Source: the human T2T-CHM13v2.0 reference genome, Homo sapiens. Taken from it: DNA of 64,000 bases. Positions 1-11,423 of the stretch are shown here, piece by piece. Made by a program: the position numbers and the translations under genes. Each line of letters opens with the position of its first letter. Within the stretch, counting starts at the first letter, position 1. The notes beneath the pieces were generated by a model. That model was not told the DNA's origin and ran no database searches. It saw only the letters and a program-made list of their open reading frames with translations. The DNA lies in assembly GCF_009914755.1 (NCBI RefSeq), contig NC_060931.1; one strand, 5' to 3'.

Positions 1-267
<267 letters not shown>

Positions 268-859
268 TTAAAGATCAAAGCAGCAACCTAAAGAGGTTGC
301 TTTTACTCTACACATATTTGTTAGTTATGAGAATGTGAAATGAAATTGTGAGGGCTCAAAGGGTAAAGGGGATCTATATCCAACCCAATGACCACCCGCT
401 TCCAAAGCAGACAGGCTGCTCAACAACCATAAGTAATGTAAACAAGAAACATTCATTCTTTACCTTTCAGTGAAATTATGAATTATTGTTCTTTCAGCAA
501 ATGTTGCTGTGGTCCTGGTTTGAGTCGGGGGAAAATTAAAAATGAAAAAAGGAAAAAGAAAAGTCAAACCGTTTACTCAAGAGATTGTGAACAATTGGGA
601 ACATATCACATGAATTTTCACTCAAATTTGCTTGATTGACTGGTCCAAGATTCTCCAAGCATGGATTTGCAGTTTTTCCACTTGGTAGTATCTCAAGCAT
701 TTGGAAAAAGCAAATGTAAATCTAAATACTTTCTGGAAGAGATATCTTTATTTTAAGCTTTAGGTTTCCCCTGAAGCCATTGTTAAAGGTCATTAAATAG
801 CACCAGGCAAACAAAACCATGCACACAAGCAAACTCACTAAAACTAACCCCAAACAGTA

Positions 860-1729
860 ATATATAAGATATGGAATTAGTGAAAAATATTAGATACTGA
901 AATTATTAGAACAGATACCAAAATTATGTATATATTATACTTTTTAAAGAAATTAAAGAAAAATAATAAAATATAGAGAACCAGAAACTATAAAATGACT
1001 GCAGATTTAAAAATAACAACATATAACATTGAGAAATAAAGACAACAAAAATTAAACTAAAAATCAAAATGAAAGGATTAAAATTAAATATTCAGTAAAA
1101 AGTTGGAATTAATTGGACAGATCTGACAATAAAATTTATGAACTTTTAATAAATCAGAATTTATTCAAAAATTAGCATAAAGCTACAAAAGTCATAAAAT
1201 ATAGAAAAAAATAGTAAAATATATGGAAGACTCAGTGGAAAAGTCTATCATACATTATTAGAGTACTTAGAGTAAGAAACCTTAAATTATACACTGGAAA
1301 TTAAAAAACGAAAGAAATGGCATGCCATAGCAGCAAGAGAAAAATGGTCTCTTCAAAAAATATGCTGGAAAAATTACATATACCTACAGAAAATTGATAT
1401 AGAAACCTTTCTCAATAGCATAGAAAAAGTCAGTGACAGATGGATTCCAGAAAAATATATGGAAATCCAAACTATAAAGCTTTAAAAGTATATTTGAATA
1501 TCTTCACAACTTCAATATAGGATAAAATTTCTTTGGCAAAATAAAGGCAAAGATAGATAATCTTAGAGAACATAAAGAAAAAGTAAATAATTTTTATCAT
1601 ATTAAATTTAAAACTCTTGTTTATTCACAGAGAAGAGTATATAGATAAACATAAGAGTTCCAGAATATGATAAAATATGTGCAACGTGTATATGATAAAG
1701 GGAGAGATTTTAGAAGTCAGACAAAATGA

Positions 1730-1763
<34 letters not shown>

Positions 1764-3220
1764 CACATTTGCATGTCAATACATACAAATAGTAAAATAG
1801 AATAGAGGAAAAATATTCTACAACAAATAATTCATGAAGACAAACATCAAACAAATAATAAATAAAAGAAAAAGTTTTTTGCCATATAAATAATAAGAAG
1901 AATGCAAATAAAAGGAACAGAATAAATCACACATCTGTCAGAAACTGGCAAACACTGCTGATGGGAATGCAAATTGTAATAACAATGTTGAAAAAAACAG
2001 TTTGGCATAATCTGTTAAAATTGAAAGTATTACCCTGTTATGCTGTTACCCAGCATATAGAGTCAAAGGCTCTAGTTTCTATAAACTAAAAATCATTTGC
2101 CCATTTACAACCGTATATCTGAATTTTAAAAGTTCCAAAGAAATAATGTGTGCACCTACCTCACTGGAAACATCCAAATTGTTTAGCATACATCAATATA
2201 AACAAACAAACATCTGCTGATGTAGAGAGAAAGGTAAAACACAGAAATGCATGAAGTTTTATTTTATTCTTATGTGGTTCAAAAACAATGAAATAAACTA
2301 TGCTCTTTGGGGACACGCATATCTTGTTTAGGTGTTTATCGCTAGTAAGCCTATAATCTACATACTGATAAAATGCTCACAAGGTCAATATGATTAATAG
2401 GAAGAGAGAGAGGGTTAAAAACCACTGAGATGAATAGGGATGATTCTAGGTTTTTGTCAATGTGTTATTTATTGAAGAGTGTACAAGTCATATACATTTT
2501 ATATTGTAATTATTCATTAATTGCACATATAATTGTATAATCATTAATTAAATTTTGCAAATTTTCTATTTGCTATTATTTTACAATTAAAGGAGAAATA
2601 ATAAGAAGGCAAATGTTCAGAAATTACAGATTATATATAGGCATGGCAGAAACTGTCAGGGTGTAAACTATATTAAAAAGTTTGTATAACATTAAGCCAA
2701 TATATTAAAAACATGTAATATAGTATCTAGAACTATATTGTCATATATTTCAATATATAAGAAATTGCTCAATATGTAGTAGAAACTGTAGGAAAATACA
2801 CATGCACATATAGACAGATATGTGTACGAATATGTCATTGCTATATATATCTATGTATATAAATATATATATGCGTAAAATTGTGAAGATCAAAACTACA
2901 AACACTATCAATTTTAGTTAATGTACTGAAAGTCCTAGGTAGTTTACTATCAGAAAAATAGACATTAGAATTTGAAAAAATTATTATTCACAATATACAC
3001 AACTTCCTATATAGAAAACTTAGAAAATCTACTACCAAATTATTATTATAATTTAGTCATTATTGGGTTGTATAACAGTTCATTCAGAACAAAAAACATC
3101 ATGGCTGCAAACCACAAACAGAAAGCAATATAATTTTATTAAAAATATTAAATTACATATTGTAATATATGTCATAAATATAACAAAACCTATTCATAAC
3201 CTTTGCAGAAGGTATAGTAT
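860..3220 (+). mobile_element. Highly degraded ancient L1M fragments (ORF1-like and ORF2/3' remnants)
   Basis: A-rich plus strand with L1-like motifs (AACTATAAAGCTTTAAAAG...ATCTTCACAAC, CACTGCTGATGGGAATGCAAATTG, CTATATAGAAAAC); boundaries approximate. Confidence 0.5.
1731..1761. repeat. (CA)n microsatellite
   Basis: About 15 CA units seen directly. Confidence 0.97.
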
Positions 3221-3333
3221 GCATTTATCATGGGGATAAATACCAGAGGTTCAAAGTGAATAGGCTAGTCACTGTACTCATCCTCATTGAGTGTTCTGTG
3301 CTAGAAACAGATAATTGGATAGCAAATTAGCAA

Positions 3334-3472
3334 TATTGTGACTGGAAAAGCAGAGTTTGCCAGAGGTAGAGTAGTCCTGATTTACACCTGTTGTTCAGGC
3401 ATAATTGTAATAGCACCTCCTTTCATGCTCGATTATGTTCAAATTTGGAAGATAAATTTTTTGGTCACCATA
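3334..3472. mobile_element. MER94-like hAT-Blackjack DNA transposon (MITE)
   Basis: GTCCTGATTTACACCTGTTGT...AATAGCACCTCCTTTCA...GATAAATTTTTTGGTCACCATA matches the recalled MER94 consensus including the GGTCACCCTA-type TIR. Confidence 0.7.
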
Positions 3473-6400
3473 GCTATGAAAGCATTAGGTATATAAAAAC
3501 GGGGCATTAATGCTAATTTGGAGGTGTTAGGAAAGACATCTCTGAAGATGTGACATAAAAACTTGGATGGACCTAATTATGATTAGAATTTATTGAAGAT
3601 AAATTAACAAAGGGATGGGTGATGTGGAAGCAACTAAATCATTTGGTAACTATGATTAGCAGTAGTTTATATATAGACTGGTATTAAGGATCTCAAATAA
3701 AGTTATTCTCAACCCAGAAGACAGCATTACTGATGTTTTACATTAAAACACTCCCTTTACTTTTATTCTCTGTATTTCCTTCTTCTCTGCTATGATTATA
3801 TTTTCTTTTCTCGGGACCATGAAACCCAGTAGAAAGTCATTATATGCATGTCCCTTCTTCCCATATTGGCCATCACAATTCACTTACTAAGCCAAAGTAT
3901 TCACCTTAAATTATCTTAATACATCTAAATTGTCATATATCCACAATACATAATTTCTTAAATCAGTTCTAGCTATTCTCTAAACTTACTATAGTAGTTT
4001 ACATATTCCTTTTCATTCTTTAAACAAATATTAAACAGATTTTGTAATTGAGAGTAGAGATGATTAATGAAAAACATGTGATTTTTTTGTTTACTGTTCC
4101 TCTACAGTTTTATTATTTCTCCCATACCTCAATTTTTGCCCTCTGTTCTGCTCAAGCAGAAATACTTTACTGTTTCCTGTTTGCCAAGGATCCATTTTCT
4201 GCTTTCAAATCACTTCAACAGACTCCTTCACATCCTGTGATGGTTTTATGAACCTATTTTCCACACTATATTTAAAAGAAAGTCTAGTATTGAATTATTT
4301 TCCCATATTGCCAAACAGTGTTGAATTTGCTGTAACCCGATTTGTTGTGAGGAATGGTGCCATGTTTTGGTGGTGTTGACATAAATATATCCTGGCACTC
4401 TCAATAATTGGGACAAAATGCACCATTTCATTTGGCCAATATACTGAGCTAATTTCTGACTTACTCATCTCTGGCATCAAAAAACACTGAGGCTGAACAT
4501 CTATAGAAACCAAATATTTGCATAAAGGTGTCTTAGAGGAAATGGAAAAATCAAAGTGCAAATTAAAATTGCATTTTATTGACGACAATAGCCTCAATTA
4601 TTTTTTTAAAAAATAAGTGTATGTAGAAAACATTTGCCTAAACAATAAAATAAAATGTACTGAATAAACTTTTTATTTATCAAAAGTGAAATTTTCACAG
4701 TCTATTATGGGATAGAGTGTATGCTGGTACACACTGAGTCCTCAGAAATCACCATCACAAACCAATAAATATGCATTCTCGTCTTATTCCTTGAAGAGCA
4801 AAAGCTATGTGGTTGTAAAGTACTATAAGCATATAAAATCCTTTCCTGCTTCTGGTTGAGTGTGGAAATTCACTGCAGATGAGAGAGGAAGATGAAATTA
4901 CTTTGCTTTTTCCTTACCATGGCAGGTCAAGAAAAATAAAAGATTTTGAAAAATGAAAGACTTCTTTCCAATATATATGTACTTTGTGGTTCAAAAGTGT
5001 ACTGAACAGATGTCTTCTCTACAATTACATAGAACTCCCTTTCTTATTACAGTGAGGGAAAATCAGTGATGCCCATAAATTGGAATTTGAAAAAATAAAT
5101 AAAATTAAACTCATACAACTTAAATGGTTTGAAATGTTTTGATTTTTTTTTTCAACTTAGGGATTCTAAGGTTAAGTTTCTAAAACTGTACGCTTCTATT
5201 ATCTAACTTTCTGGAGTATTTTATCTCTCAAAAAGAAAAATAGAAAGCTATATTTTTTCTTATATTCTATAATAGCAAACTGACTAAAGTTTACACATTT
5301 GTTAAAGTTATATTTTATTTTTAATCTGCTGGAATTTATTAAACTCTTGAAACTTTGATTGAGATTACCAATTCCCTAGCCTGTGACAAGTGCAGGTAAC
5401 TTTCTAACTCAAGTCATGTAGTCCGCCACAAGGTTTCTGTGAACATGAATGGGCTCTGACCAGACTCAGACACACAAAAGAATTCCTCGCACCTTTGGTC
5501 CATACACTTTTCTGCTAGTTTTACTTTGATTGGTCCAGAGAGAGAATTGAAGGATCTGGCTCAACAGTCTAAAGAGATAATTCATTTTTACTGGGAGTAG
5601 GGAAAATGTAAGTACCTTATGGGCAATCAGAAATCTAAAGTAATATTGCATCTCTTGGCTCTAATAGGCATTTATATTCTATGTACACTCTCTGTACCTA
5701 CATTTTCCTTTGTCACAGTAAGAGAACCATACTTCAGGGAAAATTTCTAGGTAAATTATTTCCAGAAATGTGATAGCAAAAGGAAGAACACTGTATTCTA
5801 TTGTAACCATATCATTTAATGGTACGTTTCCTCCTAGCTGCTTCACCGAAGTCCCTTTGCGAGTCAAAGACAGCGTGTCCTCGCTATAGATATTTCCCTT
5901 GGCATAAGCTTGCCTCTCTTTTTCTCCACTCACCTTAGCTTGCTGAGACAGGAGACCATTCAGGGAAGTAGGCAAAAATCAAACCTTGCATTAAGGTTAG
6001 TGAAGGGGAAGACAGAATTCTGGATGTGTATTCAAGGGAAGCTGAGTTTTTTCACTGTACAAGTCAGTTAGTCTGTTACTGGGTTCTCTGTAATACTGGT
6101 ATCTCTCCCTCTCACTTATGTTGTCTTCTTCAGCGAAGAGGCACTTCAGCACTGTTCCCAGTCACTCTTTCTCTCCTTCCTTCTCTCTCTATCTCTTTCA
6201 CTTCCTTCTTCCTCCCTCCCTTTGTCTTAATTCCATTTCCAAATACTTGATGTTTTGTTTAAAAAATGAAGATTCAGAATACAACTAAAAAGTCTGCAAT
6301 AATTAGCATCTTATTACTATTACAGTGTAACTATTTTATAGTCTGTGTAATTATATCCCTATATCAAAATACTTGTTGGGTCAACTCCTGCGCTCACTAT

Positions 6401-6538
6401 GACACTGTTTGAAGATAGCTTTTTTTTTCTTATAATAGTGCCTTTTTGAATTTTCATGAAGCATAGTTTTCATATATTGCAGAAAAATACTTGATATATT
6501 TTTGTGACAGTATGATGACCTGAAAAGTTGTCTGTTTT

Positions 6539-6841
<303 letters not shown>

Positions 6842-7214
6842 AAGTTGTCTGTTTTTTATTTATAGATAGCACAAAGTGTGCTACTGCATTACAAGAGCTG
6901 CTCATTTCAGTATTTTTTCAGGAAATAACTGCCATAAAAGCATGTGCATTCAATTGTTATAAACCTATTTTTTACTTTTTGACTGCAGTGGAATAGTACA
7001 TCCATGAAAGAAAACTCCTGGCATACCAACAGGCAGCCTTACTGGTTGAAAATTCTTACTTTCTCCTTAGGGCTTACAATTTTGGCCTGTGGCTTCTGAT
7101 ATAATCTAGCTTTTCTACGATAGCCAAGAAAATATGACATATATTTCCATTGTTATGCCCAGTGAGCAGGAAAATACAGAAAATACCAGAAGATACTAAG
7201 AAACTATGAACATT

Positions 7215-7370
7215 CAGGTACTGTGCTAAATGTTTATTATGTATTATCATTTAATTCTCAAATCAATCATGTGTTAAAATTATTATGATGAGCCTTAGAC
7301 TTGGAAAGATGAAGTAAATTCCCAGGGGTCTCATAGTCCCTTAGTAAGGAGGCCTGGATTGAGATGTGAG
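7215..7370 (-). mobile_element. MIR SINE fragment
   Basis: GGTACTGTGCTAAATGTTT...ATCATTTAATTCTCA...GAAGTAAATTCCCAGGGGTCTCATAG resembles the MIR core (antisense). Confidence 0.55.
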
Positions 7371-7975
7371 TTGTTTGCTTAGTGCCTGCCCCACTCCACC
7401 AGTGCGTTGAACATCAATCTGGCCACTCATCTTTTAAAAATTTATCTCACTACAGTTCTTGATTTCTGACATCGCTTATTGAGCCCTGTTTTCAAAGACA
7501 GATAAGTTTGCAGAAATGTCATCTTTTTCCGAAACAGAAAGTTCTGAAGTAAATATACTTGTAGACTAGAGGAGCAGCCCCACTTTATTATTGTGTTTTA
7601 TCCTAATTAATTTAATAAGCCATTTTTTCTCATTAAAAAAGATATGCTGTTGCTTTCCATTTTTTTAAACACAAATGAGAGACTGGTTTACCTATTGGAT
7701 GGAAGAAAATAGTTTAGTTATCTTGCCTAGGACTTAATCCTCTGCCAGGAAAGATGAAAACAGCATATTTGGACATAAATCCAGAATCAGAGCCAGGAAT
7801 TGCACTTTCTTCCTGTTTATACAGCCAAGGCTTGGTAGAGAAACCTTGGCTTACAATCTCAATTTTCAATGCAGGGGCCTCATGACTTGATTTGTATATA
7901 CTCCTTGGACTACCTATTTATGTATCAGCTTTTCTTAATCAAGCTTAGATATATTATATATATAATATTATATCA

Positions 7976-8025
<50 letters not shown>

Positions 8026-8036
8026 ATATCTATCTA
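7976..8036. repeat. (TATC)n/(GATA)n tetranucleotide STR
   Basis: About 12 perfect ATCT units plus interrupted units. Confidence 0.97.
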
Positions 8037-8239
8037 TTAGAAATGACTTTGGGGTTTGTGAGAATTATGTTGATTACCTGGAGGTGCCCTGTCCACCTCT
8101 GAGTAGGAAGAGCTTCATAAGCACTGTCACCACTATCTACCTAATTCTTCAGGAAGTAACGTGACTCATGCTAGACACCCTTATTTTTCCTAAAATCTTT
8201 TGATCCTATTCATTATTTATTTTAAGCCAGTGCACCCTA

Positions 8240-8563
8240 CCTCAAATCTTAATCTTCATAGAAGCCACTTGAGGATATTGTAAAAATGTAGAATCTGATA
8301 CAGCAGGACTAGGGTAAGGCCTAACAGTCTCCATTTCTAATAAGTTCCCAGGAGGCCTAACATTCCTGGCCTCTTTGCAGTGAGGGAAGTCTCTGTCCAA
8401 GGGAACAGTCTGTCACAGGATAGTTACAGTGCAAGGCACCAAGACCTTTACTGCCTACTAGTGGCAAATGGGAGTTTGGAAGTGGCTGAGAGTGGTGAAA
8501 GTGGTGTCACTACTGCCAGTGCTGCTCATCCCAAGGTCCCATTTTGAGTAAAAAAACCTTAGA
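8240..8563. mobile_element. MER5A1-like hAT-Charlie element, split by a foreign insert at about 8348-8512
   Basis: Left half ...GAATCTGATACAGCAGGACTAGGG...CATTTCTAATAAGTTCCCAGG and right half TGCCAGTGCTGCT...CATTTTGAGTA are collinear with the MER5A1 consensus on either side of the insert. Confidence 0.65.
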
Positions 8564-8564
8564 C

Positions 8565-9003
8565 TACTGGTTTTCATCATATGATTCTGGATAACCAACA
8601 TCAGCCTCTCCTGGAAATTTATTTTTTTTTCTCTTTTTTTTTTCTCTGAGTCTGGGTCTAACTGTTGCCCAGGATGGAGAGTAGTGGTGCAATCATGACT
8701 CAGGTGATCCTCCCGATCCTCCCACCTCAGCCTCCCATGTTGCTGGGACTACAGGTGTGCACCAAAATGCCCAGCTAATTTTTGTATTTTTTGTAGAGAT
8801 GGGGTTTTGCCATGTTGCTCAGGCTGGTCTTGAACTCCTGGGCTCAAGCTATCCACCCACCTCAGCTTCCCAAAGTGCTAGGATTACAGACATGACCCAC
8901 CATTCCAAGCTCTGAGAACTTCTTAGAGCAGCATAACCTGAGCCCTCTTCCCAATATCAAAAACTCTCAATCTGATGCCCGCTAAAATTTGAAGAATCAC
9001 TGC
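8565..9003. mobile_element. MER5A-like element interrupted by an AluJ
   Basis: Begins CTGGTTTTCA...CATCAGCCTCTCCTGGAAATTT, ends AAATTTGAAGAATCACTG (TIR-like). Confidence 0.5.
8622..8910 (-). mobile_element. AluJ with internal deletion
   Basis: Poly-T head; J-type GAACTCCTGGGCTCAAG and TTTTTTGTAGAGATGGGGTTTTGCC; heavily CpG-decayed. Confidence 0.9.
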
Positions 9004-9009
9004 TTTATA

Positions 9010-9690
9010 ACACTTGCTGTCTCTCCATCCCTTTTGCTAATGCGTACACCAAATCCCTTTTAGACTCACCAGAGGAACTTCTTACTGGTCTTTCTCTTTC
9101 CCTCTTTTTTGTTAACAGTTAGAATTTTATTAAAGATAATAAAATACGTAATATTATAAAGTTCCTTAAAAGCTAGTGAGAGACTTAGACCTTCCACAAG
9201 ACCAGAAGCCACACACACTGGTTATCCCCACCAAGGATTAGTCAAGCAAAGTTTTCCATTCCCAGCCACTCTCAGTCTCCCATCTGCCACTCAGTAGGCA
9301 GTGAAGATCTTGGTGCCCTGAACCCATGACTAGCCCATGACAGAATGTTTCCTTGGACAGAGCCCTCACTCACTCCAAAAAGTCCAGGAATGTTAGGCCT
9401 CCTGGACATTCCAAGTCCTAGGCCAGCTTTGGACTGGGACCAGGCCTACAATAAAAGGACAAGAGCAGCAGAATAACTTGTAAAGGTTCAAAGTGGGTCT
9501 CCATTTAATACCAGGAACAGTTTTACCCCACCTCAATGGCTGAAGTGCACCCATTCCAGCTCCTCTTTCCCCACCTACAAACTATCCTTCACATTGATAC
9601 CACAGTGATTTTTAAATTGAAAATTAGGATATTTATTCCTCCTTAAATCTCTCCTTGCAAAATAAAGTCTAAAGTTTGTAACCTAGTACC
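9010..9690 (+). mobile_element. L2 fragment split by a ~460-bp insertion
   Basis: CTTCTTACTGGTCTTTCTC (about 9080-9100) resumes as CTCTTTCCCCACCTACAAACTATCCTTCACA...CACAGTGATTTTTAAA...ATAAAGTCTAAA (9563-9690), the L2 3' region pattern. Confidence 0.55.
9105..9562 (-). pseudogene. Candidate 5'-truncated processed retrocopy of an unidentified mRNA 3' end
   Basis: Minus-strand AATAAA (TTTATT 9126-9131) 15 nt before an A-run (T6 at 9105-9110); candidate TSD CTCTTTCCC at 9094-9102 and 9563-9571; more GC-rich than the flanks; interrupts an L2; no repeat family recognised. Confidence 0.5.
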
Positions 9691-9811
9691 TATAGACTAA
9701 TTAAAATAAATATCAATGATTTGCAAAAAATAAGTGATGATTCAAGGTAAAATTTCCAGTTAGAGTATTATATATGGATGCAAAAAAATTGCTCGATGTG
9801 AGTACTCATAT

Positions 9812-10234
9812 TGATATGATTTGGCTGTGTTCCCACCCAAATCTCATCTTGAATTGTAGCTCACAGAATTCCCATGTGTCATGAAAGGGACTCAGTGGAA
9901 GGTAGTTGAATCAGGGGGATGGGTCTTTCCCATGTGTCATGAAAGGGACTCAGTGGAAGTTAATTGAATCAGGGAGATGGGTCTTTCCCATGCTGTTCTC
10001 ATGATAGTGACTAAGTCTCCCGAGATCTGATGGTTTTATAAAGTGAAGTTCCCCTACACAAGCTCTCTCTTGCCTGCCACCATACAAGATTTGACTTTGC
10101 TCCTCATTTGCCTTCTGCTATGATTGTGAGGCCTCCCAGCCATATAGAACTGTCAGTTAATTAAACCCCTTTCCTTTATAAATTACCCAGGCTCAGGTAT
10201 GTCTTAATTAGCAGCATGAGAACATACCAATACA
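9812..10234 (+). mobile_element. THE1C-like 5' LTR (ERVL-MaLR) with internal 58-bp duplication
   Basis: TGATATGATTTGGCTGTGTTCCCACCCAAATCTCATCTTGAATTG ... ATAAATTACCCAG...AATACA. Confidence 0.92.
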
Positions 10235-11283
10235 GTAAATTGGTACTGGTAGAGTGGGGTGCTGCTGTAAAGATACCCAAAAATGTGGAAGCAACTTTGG
10301 AACTGGGTAACAGGCAGAAGTTGGAACAGTTTGGAGGGCTCAGAATATGACAGGAAAATGTGGGAAAGTTTGGAACTTCCTAGAGATTTATTGAATGGCT
10401 TTGACCAAAATGCTGATAGTGATATGGACAATAAGGTCCAGGCTGAGGTGGTCTCAGATGGTGATGAGGAACTTGTTGGGAAATGAAGTAAAGGTCACTC
10501 TTGCTATGCAAAGAGATTGGCTGTATTTTGCCCCTGCCCTAGATGTCTGTCGACTTTGAAGTTGAGAGAGATGATTTAGGGTATCTGGGGAAAATTTTTC
10601 TAAGTGGCGAAGCATTCAAGAAGAAGCAGAGCATAAAAATTTGGGAAATTTGCAGCCTAATGATGCATTAGAAAATAAAAATCCATATTCTGAGCAGAAA
10701 TTCCAGCCAGCTGCAGAAATTTGCATAAGTAACAAGGAGCCAAATGTTAATCGCCAAGACAATGGGGGAAATGTCTCCAGGGCATGTCAGAGACCCTCAC
10801 AGCAGCTCCTCCCATCACAGGTCCAGAGGTCTAGGATAAAAAAATGGCTTCCTGGGCTAGGGCCAGGGCCCCCCTGCTCTGTGCAGCTTAGGGACTTGGT
10901 TCCCTGTGTCCCAGCTGCTCCAGCTGTGACTAAAAGGGGCCAAGGTACAGCTCAGGCTGTGGCCTCAAAGTGTGCATGCCCCATCCTTGGCAGCTTTCAC
11001 ATGGTGTTGAACCTCCAGGTGCACAGAAGTCAAGAATTAAGGTTTGGGAACCTCTGACTAAATTTCACAAGATGTATGGAAACACCTGGATGTCCAGGCA
11101 AAAGTTTGATGCAGGTGCAGGGTCCTCATGGAGAACTTTTGCTAGGGCAGTGCAGAAGGGGAACATGGGGTGGGAGCCCTCACACAAAGTCCCGAGTCAG
11201 GCACTGCCTAGTGAAGCTTTGAGAAGAAGGCCACTTTCCTCCAGACCCCAGGATGATAGATCCACCACAGCTTGCACCAGAGA
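10235..11283 (+). mobile_element. THE1 internal region (3' part deleted)
   Basis: GTAAATTGGTAC start; ORFs 10283-10486, 10641-11057 and 10970-11323 (DRKMWESLELPRDLLNGFDQNADSDMDN) are MaLR-int ORF remnants. Confidence 0.92.
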
Positions 11284-11423
11284 CTTGACTTTGCTCTTCA
11301 TTTGCCTTCTTCCATGGTGGTGACACCTCCCCAGCCATGTAGAACTGTGAGTCAATTAAACATTCCTTTATAAATTACCCAGTCTCTGGTATGTCTTTAT
11401 TAGCAGAGTGACTGCTAATAACA
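11284..11423 (+). mobile_element. THE1C-like 3' LTR, 3' half only
   Basis: TTGACTTTGCTCTTCATTTGCCTTC...GAACTGTGAGTCAATTAAAC...TATGTCTTTATTAGCAG matches the 3' half of the 5' LTR. Confidence 0.9.

Noticed and set aside
4295-4597. 100-aa minus-strand ORF in unique sequence
   Set aside because: Non-ATG start, no recognisable homology, and a length compatible with chance
5539-5613. AG...GTAAGT-bounded segment translating RELKDLAQQSKEII
   Set aside because: In-frame TAG before the donor and no recognisable homology
10283-11323. Three plus-strand ORFs resembling a protein-coding gene
   Set aside because: Frameshifted remnants of the THE1 (MaLR) internal ORF, not a host gene
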